Source: Pecten maximus (lineage: Eukaryota). From it: a stretch of DNA of 60,056 bases. Shown here one piece after another: positions 12,192 through 26,237 of the stretch (the stretch's first letter is position 1; each line of letters starts with the position of its first letter). Location: contig NW_022979257.1 of the NCBI RefSeq assembly GCF_902652985.1, positions 1-60,056 on the forward strand. The letters run 5' to 3'. The notes under the pieces are model-generated. The model saw only the letters and a list, made by a program, of their open reading frames with translations, did not search any database and was not told where the DNA came from. The position numbers and the translations under genes were made by a program.

Positions 12192-13182
12192 TTCTAAAAG
12201 GATGCTTGTATGATAAACCCAATTTTGACATTTAAAAGATCACTATCTATAAGAAAAAAATAACACGACAAAGATAACTTATGATCGAGTGAAAACATAA
12301 TTAGACTGTGTAATAATTTCATGAAATCTTAATTCAACTCAAACTTTACGAGGACAGTTATATTAACAAGTGTACTTTGATGGTTTAACAGGAACAACAT
12401 AGATAACATGATAATGTAAACTTAATATTAAATCAAACAGAACACAGGCCTGTCTTCCTCAGTTTTTAATGACTTATTGATCAATAAACAGGTCTGAAGT
12501 ATGATATTTTCGTATTGGATGTTGTATTTGTAAATTTTGTAACTTATAGTTGGATTAAAGATTTTCACAATCTGGAGTTAGAACTTGGATCTAACCGATT
12601 GGTCAATGTAGCTATGCAGTTCATCAAGTAAATTACAGTCTTCGTAATCAGTTTCTTTAATTGACAATAAAACCAATTTCATATGTGGATGGAAACTTTT
12701 CATGTTTTAAATTTGCATTTTGTAGTATAGCAATCATAGTATACATTTTTGTATGCATATCATAATACATTTATGAGTTATTTGCTTAACGAAAAAAATC
12801 CTCCATGACCAGGCTATGCTATGTAACCTGATACATATTTATGCCATATTACCTAGGTAAAAACTGACTGACAAATACTTTTCATGTCATAGACATCGCT
12901 GTGTTATTTACTGTTCTATTTTGGAAATTGACAGAATTCTAAACTGAAACCACATTGCTATTTATACACCCACGTCATCAACCCCGACTGTTAGTGAACT
13001 GATAAATTGCTGACGAATGTTCTATTTTTAGAAATTCACTGAAATCGGAAAAAGGAATTCTTTTTCCAGCAGGGGAAGCTTTAGATAACTGAAAATTTAC
13101 AGATTAAAGTACAAAGTACATTTTCATAATTACATGTACATAATCATAGTCTTATCGGCCGCCATCATACTCGGACATCAAA

Positions 13183-14186
13183 ATGACTGGTAAGTATAAT
13201 TATATTACCAAACGAATATTTCTGGTTTATATTTACATTTTACTGATGAACTCACTGATATTCTTTTTACAATTCCACAGCAAGAAATCATTTCCGTGTA
13301 AATTTGTATTTTATAAACAACTGTAGAAATGCCTAAATTTCCGTAGAAATGATCACATTTACATTTAAGCTGTCACACAGTTCTGACCCGGACACGATTG
13401 TATTAAAATTTTGCATTCGTTGCTTCTTTGACTTTGAGTAGTCGGGTGGTACAGTGGTAACACACTTTCCTTTTACCAAGGTGGCCGGGGTTCGATTCCA
13501 CGATCGGACGTGAAAGGGTATGGGGTCACCTGCCCGACCACATTGGTTTTCCCCGGGGTCGCCGTTTTCCTCCCACAGTAAGACCCTCGCGCGTTTCAAT
13601 CCGGGCCAACAAGCGTGATTAATATAATGTAATATAAGTTGATATAACTTGTTTCGCAATTGTTGTAAAATAAATAAAGTTTACATTACATTTGAAATAT
13701 AGGTCACAGTAACCCGTACAAAGTAGATAGGTGGGCATATGTGACTGAGTACAATAGCAAATTATCTTCTTTAATTGAAATTTGGTTTCAGACGGTAAGA
13801 AGACATATTACCACCACACAACTAAGGACGGAGCCGCACAAATATTACAGTCAGGGTACATCAAGCAATCAACTGATACGAAAACAGATGCTGCGTATGG
13901 ACCCGGTACCTACCTTACCAGAATGGGCCCAGACAAGTCCCAGAGTGATATAGCAAAGAATAACTACGACGGACTCAACAATCAATTCGCAGATAAAATG
14001 CTGAGGGATGGTAAAACAGACGTTACCATAGCCATTGATCTGCCCAGCACTAAGGTTACCAAGGCGGAGTCAGACCGCGACATTTATGTGTCGCCGGGAG
14101 ATGTTACCATAGAGGACAAAAATCCAAGGGTTTATGTGAGGGGTGACGATGGAAAGGCTCAGGAGTTCAAACCCAAGAGAAAATGA
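13183..14186 (+). CDS. ART type-A copy A2; join(13183..13189,13792..14186), ~133 aa
   Basis: Intact ATGACTG|gtaagt, acceptor tttcag|AC, all motifs present (YYHHT, DAAYGPGTYLT, RDIYV). Confidence 0.87.
13438..13682 (+). mobile_element. tRNA-derived V-domain-like SINE in intron of A2
   Basis: Box A TGGTACAGTGG, box B GGTTCGATTCC, V-domain-like GGTTTTCCCCGGG...GTTTTCCTCCCACAGT, A-rich tail. Confidence 0.7.
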
Positions 14187-15431
14187 AACCCGCGAGTACT
14201 GGTACACATGATTCGTTCGTGTTTGCTTTGAATTAGATGCTATTTTTTTCTCTCTAAAATCTATGTAAAAAATGAAATCTTGAAATCTGAAAGGCGAACA
14301 TTGTTTTCTAATGAAGCAAAAGTGTGGAAAGAAGCCTAATTCTTAAAGCTTAATTCGACTCAAGCTTTACGAGGACAGTTATATTAACAAGTGTAATTTG
14401 ATGGTTTAACAGGAACAACATAGATAACATGACAATGTAAACTTAATATTAAATCAAACAGAACACAGGCCTGTCTTCCTTTTTTTTAATGACTTATTGA
14501 TCAATATACAGGTCTGAAGTATGATATTTTCGTATTGGATGTTGTATTTGTAAACTTCGTAATCAGTTTCTTTAATTGACAATAAAACCAATTTCATAGG
14601 TAGATGGAAACTTGTCATGTTTTAATTAGCATTTTGTAGTATACCAATTATAGTATACATTTTTGCATGCATATCATAATACATTTATGAGTTATTTGCT
14701 TAACGAAAAAAATCCTTCATGACCAGGCTATGCTATGTAACCTGATACATATTTATGCCATATTACCTAGGTAAAAACTGACTGACAAATATTTGTCATG
14801 TCATAGACATCACCGTGTTAGTTACTTTTCTATTTTGGAAATTCACAGAATTCTAAACTGAAACCACATTGCTATTTATACACCCACGTCATCAACCCCG
14901 ACTGTGAGTGAACTGAAACATGACGAATGTTCTATTTTTAGAAATTCACTGAAATCTGATAAAGGAACTCCCCTTTTCACAGCAGAGGCAGCTTTAAAAA
15001 GCTGAAAATTACAGTTAAAATTGTACACAATCATAGTCTGCACCAGCCGCCGTTATACTCGGACAACCTTAGAAATGCCTTGATTTCCGTAACCATGATC
15101 ACATTTACTTCTTAAGTGTTGAACAGTTCTGACCCGGACAAGATTGTTATCAAATCTTGCACTAATGGTTCTTTGACCTTGACCTTGAAAGGTACGTTAT
15201 TTTCTTCAAACTGAAAACACATTGCCATTGCTTCATCCAAGAACTGAAACAATAGCTGACGAATGCTGTATTTTAAAAATTCACGGAAATATAATAAAGA
15301 AAATCACATTTTCACAGCAAAGGCAGCTTTAAATAAACTGAAAATTTACAGTTTAAAATGCTACGTACATTTTCACAATTACATGTACACAATCATAGTC
15401 TTACCAGTCACCATCATACTGGGGCATCAAA

Positions 15432-16584
15432 TTGACTGGTAAGTATAATTCTATTATCAAACAAATATTTCTGGTATATATGTACATTTTATTGATGGAC
15501 TCACTGATATTCTATTTACAATTGCACAGCAAGAAATCATTTCTGTGTAAATGTATTTCTTATAAACAGCTCCCTAACAGTAGAAATGCTTAAATTTCCG
15601 TAAGCATGATCACATTTACATTTAAGCTGTTACACAGTTCTGACCCGGACGCGATTGTATTAAATTTTTGCATTCGTTGCTTCTTTGACTTTGAGTGGTC
15701 GGTTAGTACAGTGGTAACACACTTTCCTTTCACCAAGGTGGCCGAGGTTCGATTCCACGATCGGACGTAAAAAGGTATGGGGTCACCTGCCCGACCACAT
15801 TGGTTTTCCCCGGGGGCGCCGTTTTCCTCCCACAGTAAGACCCTCTCGCGTTTAAATGCGGGCCAACAGGCGTGATTAATATAATATAATATAAGTTGAT
15901 AAAACTTGTTTCGCAATTGTTGTAAAATACATACGGTTTATATTACATTTGAAATATAGGTCACAGTAACCCGTACAAAGTAGTTAATTGACGGTGGTGT
16001 AATTGTTGAAACGTTTTCCCACAGCCATGATCTATCAAAACAATGACAAAGACGAAGGAAACAAGTAGAACAGTACTAGAGCTATACCACTTTCTTTCCA
16101 ATTGGAGACACAGCAATAACATGTGATAGTTGGGCATATGTAACTGATTACATTAGAAAATTATCTTCTTTAATTGAAATTTGGTTTCAGACGGTAAGAA
16201 GACATATTACCACCACACAACTAAGGACGGAGCCGCACAAATATTACAGTCAGGGTACATCAAGCAATCAACTGATACGAAAAAGATGCTGCGTATGGTC
16301 CCGGTACCTACCTTAACAGAATGGGCCCAGACAAGTCCCAGATAGATATAGCAAAAAATAACTACGACGGACTCAACAATCGATTCGCAGATAAAATGTT
16401 GAAGGACGGTAAAACAGACGTCACCATAGCCATTGATTTGCCCAGCACTAAGGTTACCAAGGCGGAGTCAGATCGCGACATTTATGTGTCGCCGGGAGAT
16501 GTTACCATAAAGGACAAAAATCCAAGGGTTTATGTGAGGGATGAGGATGGAAAGGCTCAGGAGTTCAAACCCAAGAGAAAATGA
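15432..16584 (+). pseudogene. ART type-A copy A3, pseudogene
   Basis: First exon ATG>TTG (15432). Exon 2 starts at 16191 but has a 1-nt deletion at ~16283 (ACG AAA A-A GAT) that shifts the frame to a TAG at 16341; the 3' part survives as ORF 16321..16584. Confidence 0.85.
15695..15940 (+). mobile_element. SINE copy in intron of A3
   Basis: Same element and position as in A2. Confidence 0.7.
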
Positions 16585-18187
16585 AACCCGCGAGTACTGG
16601 TACACATGATTCTTTCGTGTTTGCTTTGAATTACATGCTAAATTTTTTCTCTCTAAAATCTATGTAAAAAAATGAAATCTTGAAATCTGAAAGGCGAACA
16701 TTGTTTTCTAATGAAGCAAAAGTGTTTAAAGAAGCCTAATTCTTAAAGCTTAATTCGACTCAAGCTTTACAAGGACTGTTAAATAACAAGTGTAATTTGA
16801 TGGCTTAACAAGAACAGCATGAAAACAATATGATAATGTATAGATAATACTAAATCCAACTGGATACAGGCATTTCTTCCTCAGTTCTAACGACTGTTTA
16901 ATAAATAAACAGGTATGAAGTATGATCTTTGTGATGGATGACGACACGATGTTTCTAAAACTTGCGTGATCACTTAAAGTTGGATTAAAGATTTTTAAAG
17001 ATTAAAGATAGAACTTGGATCTAACCGATTGGTCAATGTAGAAATAGAAAAGCAGTGCAATTCATAATCATTTGGATTACAGGTTGCATTTTTCTCAACC
17101 AGAAGAGCTTAACGTCTAAAAAATATCTGAGAAAATTTACAGGCTGGTATCATCTTTAAATATGAATTCAATAATAGAAAAAAATCTTCTGATAGATATT
17201 GCAAATTTCAATGGATTATGTACATTTGCTCTCTTTTATTTACGCTGTAATGACATGATTAGTTATATCTTTGGTTGAATAATAGCCCGAAAACCCTTTA
17301 TGTCAAGACAATTGAATCTTCACAATCAGTTTATTTAAACGACAATAAAACCAATTTCGTATTTGGATGGAAACTTGTCATGTTTTAAATTAGCATTTTG
17401 TATTTTACCAACCCATTTCGTTTTTGAAAAAGCTAGTCCTATTTCGTAAAACGTTCATTGTTACCATATCCATCTGATAGGGGACTTATACCTTCAAGTT
17501 ATTACATAATGAATATTTACCTAATACAGAAAGTCTTAAATTAAATCATGTCATGAGATTGACCTTTAATGACGAAAATGTGTCTGACACCCATTTATAT
17601 TTAGCAGATAATGTTTCAACCTTCTTTAATTTGATGTTGTAACCATGGTTATATTCCCAAAACTGTTATTTTAATGCCACCCCTTAATAAAATTGATGTT
17701 CTGTTTCTGTCGATATTCATTCCTGGGTTACATAGTGGAAGTATCATGAGAGATGAAGAACATTGAAATCAAACTATTTTTGAACGTAAAACAGCGAGAT
17801 ATGCAGAGATCTGGCCCGATTGTCCAACCAACGGTTCATAAACATGTGTTATATACATGTATGTGTATTATAAAATGGCGAGAATTGCAGGGACTTCCTA
17901 CTCCGAATTCCAAGTCTGTGCATGTCTCGTCAGCGTCCAACTACACCGCATACTGTGACATAATCACATTTTCAAGTTAAGTTCAAGGAAAATAACTTGA
18001 ATTTTTCAGTATAATAATCAGGTTATGGCATACTTTGATTTTTATATATGATGAATTGAATATTTTCATTACCACAAAAATAAAGACATCAAAATATCGT
18101 TCCCTGTTACATGAATTAGTCAGGGTATTTGCCTGGCAGATTCTTGTGGTTTTGCGTAAAACCCAAGAACCGAATATTTTTCACCTG

Positions 18188-20775
18188 CTTCATAGCCGAT
18201 GTGCACATCTAATATCTTCCCAGTGTTTGTCAACAGAAAATGTCTCAAAACGGACATATCCAATACACAGTTGGCATACATATTCAACCTGCATAAATCC
18301 AGTGTCAGTAGAATATTCCACAATGTTGCTCAATCTCTCGAGGCGACAGTTGTTCCCTTGTATCTGGGATCTGAACATATTTCTGGAGAAAACGCCATCA
18401 ACCATAACACTGCATTCACCAAGACTTTTTTTCAGTGATAATGATAATGTCACAGTTGTTTTAGATGGAACGTACATCTATATTGGAAAGAGTGGCGATC
18501 ACTAGTTTCAAAGAAAACATTACTGCAGGCAGAAAAAAAACTATATTAAATGTATGAGTGTAGTTTCTCCAGATGGATACGTCTTGGACACGGTTGGGCC
18601 ATTTTTTGGGAGTGAAAATGACGCCACAATAACCAAGAAAATCCTTGACGGAATTGAAAGCCTGAATCCTCTCCTGCAGTCAGAGGACCATATCATCGTA
18701 GATCGTTGATTCAGGGATGTTATGAAAGACATCTCTGAAGTGGGATATGGACATCACATGCCATCCTTTCTCCAGCCAGGAAAGAGCCAGCATGCTTCTC
18801 TTGAAGCCAACACTGATAGATGCATCACAAAAACGAGATGGGTTGTTGAGAGCTATCACGCAAGATTTAAGAAATTTAAATTCTTTCAGACAGAACTCTC
18901 ATCTGATCACTTCATTGACATCATTGCAACACTCGTAAAGGTTGTAACCGCTTCCCTGAACTTCTTCCGTGGTTCTATATATGAACCTTCTTCTGAACAG
19001 GTGCTGAAATACAGGGCAATGGCTGAACAAATGAAAGGGTATCAACTAAGGTTAATGAGCTTGCACAAAGGGTAAAGAATGAACCGGAGTTATCCAAACG
19101 TGCCCAATCTTACTGGCAAAAGCTTGAGGCGACTGATGTTACCTTTCCAAACCTCTCTGAGGATTACTTGGAAACATTGGCGTGTGGAACATACCAGCTG
19201 AAGTAGGCAAACGGTTATATAACCGAGCATCTCAGTGATGACGGAGACTATGAGGTTATGGTATACCAGCACTCCGATGACCTATTACGCTGTCAGCTAA
19301 GGTCACGTCATAGATCACAAACCAAATATAACATCTGGATTTTATATCACGATGCACCAAATCCGATACAGGCATACTACTGCACATGTCCTTCTGGTCA
19401 GAGGACGGTAGGCATGTGTGCACATACCGCAAGTGTCATCTACTACCTCGGAGTTTATAAGCATTCTTCAACCAATCTAAGGAAATCCAGTTTTAAAGAA
19501 TACATCCTATAGACAGAATTTGATGGGAAACCTTCAATAAACAAAGAACACACAAAACACATAACAGATCAATGAAAAATTCAAAAACAACAAACATTTG
19601 TTTCTGCGGATCCAGTACATATATTTCACCATATTGTCGTTATTACTTACTAGACCCTATGAATATAAATATATATGCACTATGTGTTGTTGATCCAAAG
19701 GTCTAGATTTGAATTACCTGTCGTAATTGTACTATGAGAACTGTTTATATATATAATATATATACATATATATACACACAAAGGTGTCTCTATATTCCAA
19801 ATCATTCGGCTCCTTGGCTTTGGACGAGGAAAAGGGAATACATATCACTACTCAACTAGCCATCTTTGCTACAATTCAAATAATATGTTTTTCCTTCAAA
19901 AATTATAATTCTGAGCACCACCAACATGAAATTTAACCTGTACTGACGTTATCTTTTTATCATAATGCTTTTTAGTAAAATGGGTATGGTGTTCATGGTG
20001 TTTGTAAAGAGAAGAGAGGTATAATGTGGTGTGCAATGTGTACATTGTTTGCATTTGTTCTTAAAAGTGAACGGAGATATATCATAGACACCTGATATCT
20101 GATGTTAAGAACGCCTACATAATAAAATAATTCATAAATCAACAAAACATCATTCAAGAGGCACTTTATATGCAATAAAAGTAGACATTTTCACTCGAAA
20201 CTGTAGCATGAGAAAAATCCCGTATTGACTCTCAGTACTTCCAGTACTTTGATATACTAAAAAAAAATAGGGGTAATGCATCTTTGAATTGAAAAATGGC
20301 TCAATAGCCAGGGGTTTAGCTATACAAAATTTTGGCATTTGTTTATATGATTGGTAAAGATGTTTTTAAAAGTAAAAAGTTGTCTGCACTAAAATACGAA
20401 CATTGTTGAATAAATGGATTTTAGTATAGGTCTAATTCGCAAAAAAAAATATTATATTTTGAATTGTTCTCACATAAAAATGAAATACACTTTTATATTG
20501 TTGTTACGTGTTCCTAAGTGCACAAGATTAGGCTTCAAAAAGAGAGTATAGATGTCAACATTCTGTCTGAATTTATACATTTTGCTAGCTGTTATTGACG
20601 GGTCATGCTGCCATCTGGTATATGCTATTGACTAAAGCGCCACCTGTTGGCCAAATGAGAAAATGGTTTCCAAATGTCGAAAAGTTATGAGGAATTGATC
20701 ATATTTGATGAATCAATCATTTTTAATGAAAAAGCTCTGTGGGCCAAAATCACTATATAGCTGCAACAGGTCCTT
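18188..20775 (+). mobile_element. 5'-truncated, decayed Harbinger/ISL2EU-like DNA transposon (DDE_Tnp_4-type transposase plus C-terminal SWIM finger)
   Basis: HTH-like QLAYIFNLHKSSVSRIF, VVLDGTY, IIVDR*F (stop at 18707), RWVVES, SWIM CTCPSGQRTVGMCAH; several stops and frameshifts. Boundaries taken from comparison with paralogous host sequence. Confidence 0.8.
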
Positions 20776-21401
20776 TCCATTGATTCTATACATTCGTTCA
20801 CTCTAATATACGTGATATGATTAGTTCGGTCTAATAATAGCCCGAACAAACAGTTATGTTATGTTTTAATTGTGCAGACAATAAAGACTTCACAATCAGT
20901 TTCTTTCAGTGACATGAAACCAATGTCGTCTGTGAATGGAAATGTTTTTAATTAGCAAATATACCAACCGATTTCGTTTTTAAAAACGCTATATACCAAT
21001 TAAAGTATACATTTCTTTTTTATACATATCATTATACAGTTATGAGTTATTAGCTTAACAAAAAGCATCCTCTATGACCAGGCTATGTTACTGTAACCTG
21101 CTACATAATACCACATTACCTAGGTAAAAGCTGACTGACAAATATTTTCATGTCATATTAATCACTGACCACATTGCTATTTATACACCCACGTCATCAA
21201 CCACGACTGTTAGTGAACTGATAAATTGCTGACGAATGTTCTATTTTTAGAAATTCACTGAAATCGGAAAAAGGTATTCTTTTTCCAGCAGAGGTAGCTT
21301 TAGATTACTGAAAATTTACAGATTAAAGTACAAAGTACATTTTCATAATTACATGTACACAATCATAGTCTTATCGGCCGCCATCATACTCGGACATCAA
21401 A

Positions 21402-22564
21402 ATGACTGGTAAGTATAATTATATTACCAAACGAATATTTCTGGTATATATTTACATTTTACTGATGAACTCACTGATATTCTTTTTACAATTCCACAGC
21501 AAGAAATCATTTCCGTGTAAATTTGTATTTTATAAACAGCTCCCTGACTGTAGAAATGCCTAAATTTCCGTAGAAATGATCACATTTACATTTAAGCTGT
21601 CACACAGTTCTGACCCGGACACGATTGTATTAAAATTTTGCATTCACTGCTTCTTTGACTTTGAGTGGTCGGTGGTACAGTGGTAACACACTTTCCTTTT
21701 ACCAAGGTGGCCGGGGTTCGATTCCACGATCGGACGTGAAAGTGTATGGGGTCACCTGCCCGACCACATTGGTTTTCCCCGGGGGCGCCGTTTTCCTCCC
21801 ACAGTAAGACCCTCGCGGGTTTCAATCCGGGCCAACAAGCGTGATTAATATAATATAATATGATAAGTTGATATAACTTATTTTCCATTGTTGTAAAATA
21901 AAGTTTACATTACATTTGAAATATAGGTCACAGTAACCCGTACAAAGTAGAGCGTTAATTGACGGTGGTGTAATTGTTGAAACGTTTTCCCACAGCCAAG
22001 ATTTATCAAAACAATGACAAAGACGAAGGAAACAAGTAGAACAGTACTAGAGCTATACCACTTTCTTTCCAATTGGAGACACAGCAATAAAATAATAGCA
22101 TGTGATAGTTGGGCATATGTAACTGATTACATTAGAAATGTATCTTCTTTAATTGAAATTTGGTTTCAGACGGTAAGAAGACATATTACCACCACACAAC
22201 TAAGGACGGAGCCGCACAAATATTACAGTCAGGGTACATCAAGCAATCAACTGATACGAAAACAGATGCTGCGTATGGTCCCGGTACCTACCTTACCAGA
22301 ATGGGCCAAGACAAGTCCCAGAATGATATAGCAAAGAATAACTACGACGGAGTCAACAATCGGTTCGCAGATAAAATGATGAAGGAAGGTAAAACAGACG
22401 TGGCCATAGCCATTGATCTGCCCAGCACTAAGGTTACCAAGGCGAATTCAGATCGCGACATTTATGTGTCGCAGGGAGATATTACCATAAAGGACAAAAA
22501 TCCAAGGGTTTATGTGAGGGATAAGGATGGAAAGGCTCAAGAGTTCAAACCCAAGAGAAAATGA
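21402..22564 (+). CDS. ART type-A copy A4; join(21402..21408,22170..22564), ~133 aa
   Basis: Intact first exon, acceptor and motifs. Confidence 0.87.
21665..21906 (+). mobile_element. SINE copy in intron of A4
   Basis: Same element and position as in A2. Confidence 0.7.
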
Positions 22565-25500
22565 AACTTGAAAGGCGGAAATAGTTTTTATTAACCAAAT
22601 TGTGTGAAGAAGTTAAAAAAAATAAAAAAAATAAAATGTTGAAGGGAGCTGCAGTAACAACATACTTTCTAATCATTTTCGTATATTTTAATAACTGAAA
22701 TTTGAAAACAACATTGAAATACTTGTGTGTTTATTCTGAATCGGCGCAACTACTCATAAGAACAAAACGTACAACGGACTATTGGTCGAGTGAAAACAAG
22801 AAAAGACTCTTTAAAAAAGCCTTAATTTTATTTCAACTTTATTAGGACTGTTATAATTATAAGTGTATTTTGATGATATTTTTAAAATATGAGTTCAGTT
22901 GTAGATAGAATTATTTTGATAGCTGTTGCAAAGAGGTATGACGCATATTGGCCTGTTTCGACCTAACGGTGACTGTTTTCAAAATCAAAAAAATAAATGT
23001 TAAAAACTGAGTTTTTAAATACAAGCCATAAAATCTATAACATATAAAGGTTCCTATTTGCGCAACAATTGTTTGTTCATTGCAATGGATATTTCATAAA
23101 ATGACCGTAAAGTTACATCATCGAGCTATTTGCAGCTTTCGATGGGGGTTTTCCCCACATTCATATCGTTTTTTGACATAGATCGCATCGGAAGACCAAC
23201 TTTTACAATGTCTAATTGTATTCTATGTATCAAAAGACAAATAAAATCCTATTCTTAAAAATTGGTCCTCCGATGCGCTGGTATAGAAAAATTGAATAAA
23301 CGTAGTTGATAAAACGTTTTAATTTTAGCATTAACTAGACTGATTATAAATAATAACATTCTTGTGGTTTTTGCATTAAATCCAATTGAACCGAATATTT
23401 TTCACCTGGTTGGAGATTTTCCGTAACATTTAGATCACTCATCAAGATTGTTTTTTTTGGTATTATCGGATACCAAGTCGAGAGAATATTGAAGTATTTG
23501 CCAGGTTTTAACCACGAGAGTTTGAGAATACAATAGCAAATACCTTTCAATCCTACTCGAAAATCTCAAAGCGTAATTTCTTCAATAGTTGATTTAAACA
23601 GAATCCAAAGCTTTGAAAACGACAATAAAAAGCATTAGGCGCAAACTGTTTTAGCTCAGTTAGCCTTCTCAAAACCTAAATACATTGAACATATATCATG
23701 TTTGCCTTAATATGTACATTTCAATAAATAAATCAATAAATAATCAACAAAACAGGTTTTTTTTATGTACGTTCTGCTTAAATTTATATGTTAAGACAGC
23801 CACGATGTATGTAAAATGTATTTAAGGTAAACAATTAATTAATTAACAAAATATTCTGCTAACAGTCGTTTCTGTACCCTGACCCACTCTCAAGAGAATC
23901 AGCTAGGGTTTTCACACAGACAAAGCAAAACAAAAACAAAAAACTAAACAAAAACAAAACAAAGCAAAAAGAAAAAAAACGGAAAAAAATAAAAACTATT
24001 TAGAATAGGTTTGTAACCTTAATGTACTATCTGGTAGATGCCAATAGCCACCCTATGTTGCCATAACGAATTGACCAATAGACAGTAAAGTGGTGACTTG
24101 CATACATTGATATGGTAAAGGATGAAAAGGCAAACAATTGTCAACATTTTAATTAATTCATAATTGAAAAACATAATAAAGAAAAAAAGGTAACAAGTTA
24201 TATGAAAAAAAAGAACAAAAAACCCAACAAACAAAATAGTAAGGTGAAAAACTGTGTTTCAGATGGATAAATCATAGACTTCCTGTGTAACTACCAGTAA
24301 ACGTTGAAAAAAACAGTCTAAAACCTGCCGAATTGACAGGTTTGCATACCTAGACCAACCATATAGAATATGTCGGTGAATACATCTGAGATAGCAAACG
24401 CAATGTCATATATAGGTAGATTGTAAACGACAAATCAACAATATGGAAATATGCATCTAAAGAATCAACACTCTATAACACTCATCAATGACTTTAAGTC
24501 ATTAAGATACATTGACTTGGCTGGTTTAATAACCTTACTCAGGTTTATAGTAATATATCAAAATTATCTTATATGATACATTTTGAAAACGGTTATCAAA
24601 CATCAACATATATCTTACTTTTGCACAATGTATTCAGTTGATTTGTTTTTACTTGTAGGTTATGATGAGGATAAACTCACACTTTCATAATTAGGTTGAA
24701 TAGGAGGCGAAAGTAATTAAGCTGATAATGGCTCACACTTGATAAAGTATTACGATCCATAGTTCTGCCACAGTCTGTAAACATATCTTAGAAAAAAATG
24801 AATTACCGAACAGGTTCTCCATAAAGTTTACAGGTAGCTTCTTTCAGGTTATGAAGTGTGTTGTTGCGGAACACTTTATTTTTGCGAGATTTATCAGAAA
24901 ATAGCCCCTTCTTGTCCATATATCGGTACACTTGCTATCAAGTTTGATATTCCTTGGGTTTTCTCTCTCTCTCTTTTTGGCCCAGCTGGCTCTGGTTTTG
25001 GATAGGTCCTCATTGATAAGTATTTATTCACATCTTGGGACTATTTTGGTAGTGTCATGTCAATGATTTTAACCTTTTTTTTTATATAGAATTTCAACTT
25101 TTTGATTGTGGGAGATAGATATTGCAATAATTGGCCTTGGTTTTCTATCAATGCACAGCAAACACTAAAATATATCCACTCTTTAGATACTATAACAGGA
25201 GCATACTGTATTCGTAGGGGGATATCTCAGAAACGATTTCTGAATACTAAAACTTTTTAATCCCAGTTGTAAGCTTTTATATTTACACCGTTAGCTTAAT
25301 ACGCACACAAGTTATGCTTTATAGACCTTAATTTCTTCCAATTGATGCTTATCAGAATACCAATGCAGAGAGAGATTGTTGTTATCATAACTCATAAAAA
25401 ATAAAAGGGGGATATAGAATTATTTTCAATTCAATATCATGCTTAAGTTGATATTTGTTTTCTGGGATTAATATTTCAAGCAATATTCAGTGTCATTTTT

Positions 25501-25727
25501 AAGAGTCGATAGCTGTCCTGCGCAAATAGGGTGTTTATCGAATAACACCCCAACGACAGTAGATGATTGTTCGTCCTTTAAGCTTCCAGAGAACTCATAA
25601 CTCGGATATACACAGTGCATTAGTTCCATGTCCTATCGGCTGGGCTGTCGCGACCTCCTAAGAGAGCAATCTTAAATCTACTGCAGAAACACCGCATGAC
25701 TAGATTGACAAACAACCTCCGAGTGTA

Positions 25728-25922
25728 TCACATTTCTAATATTTCACAGATCGAGTAATGTTCTGATGCGCATGAACAACCTTGAAGCACAGGGCTGGTG
25801 TACCGAAGGCATCTACGTAAATTTGTATCCATGGTATTGTCAAACTGCAATAGGTCCCCATTAACAGGCTGAGGCGGATCGCCCTCGTCCCACCACTTGC
25901 TCATTCCGTCAATGGCATAATA
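25728..25922 (-). pseudogene. 5'-truncated duplicate of the C-type-lectin-like terminal exon
   Basis: Reads YYAIDGMSKWWDEGDPPQPVNGDLLQFDNTMDTNLRRCLRYTSPVLQGCSCASEHYSICEILEM*, a paralog of 59764-59987; acceptor lost at the junction with the ART-unit sequence. Confidence 0.6.
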
Positions 25923-26230
25923 AAAACAAATGTTCAGTTATAATAAAACTGTTTCACTTTCGACAAGTAAAACCCATGTTCATCATCGCTGTTTTTCTGT
26001 AAACCTGCTCCTTTAATCATTATTCTATTTATAGAATTTCACAGAATTCAACAAAAAAATAGGCTTTACCGGGAATTCTTTTCTTTAAAAATAATTGTGT
26101 TTCTGTTTACACACCCAAAATGACAGGTTTGAGAAAGATAAAGAAAACAGTTTAAAAGACAACGCACTTCCAATAGTTACATATACACACCCGTTGTGAT
26201 AGCCGTCCGCAAACATACTTAGACTACAAA

Positions 26231-26237
26231 ATGGCTT
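26231..26237 (+). other. Extra first micro-exon ATG GCT T|gtatgt
   Basis: Same module; ISRE-like motif ~280 bp upstream. Confidence 0.45.

Noticed and set aside
13441-13510. tRNA gene
   Set aside because: A/B boxes belong to a SINE head; no complete cloverleaf recognised, and it continues into SINE body and tail.
13333-13659. Repeated minus-strand ORFs MRNKLYQLIL... (also 15590, 21592, 41001, 51678) as a possible antitoxin
   Set aside because: Antisense reading of the intronic SINE; non-ATG (ATT/TTG-type) starts in most copies, variable ends, deleted in A1.
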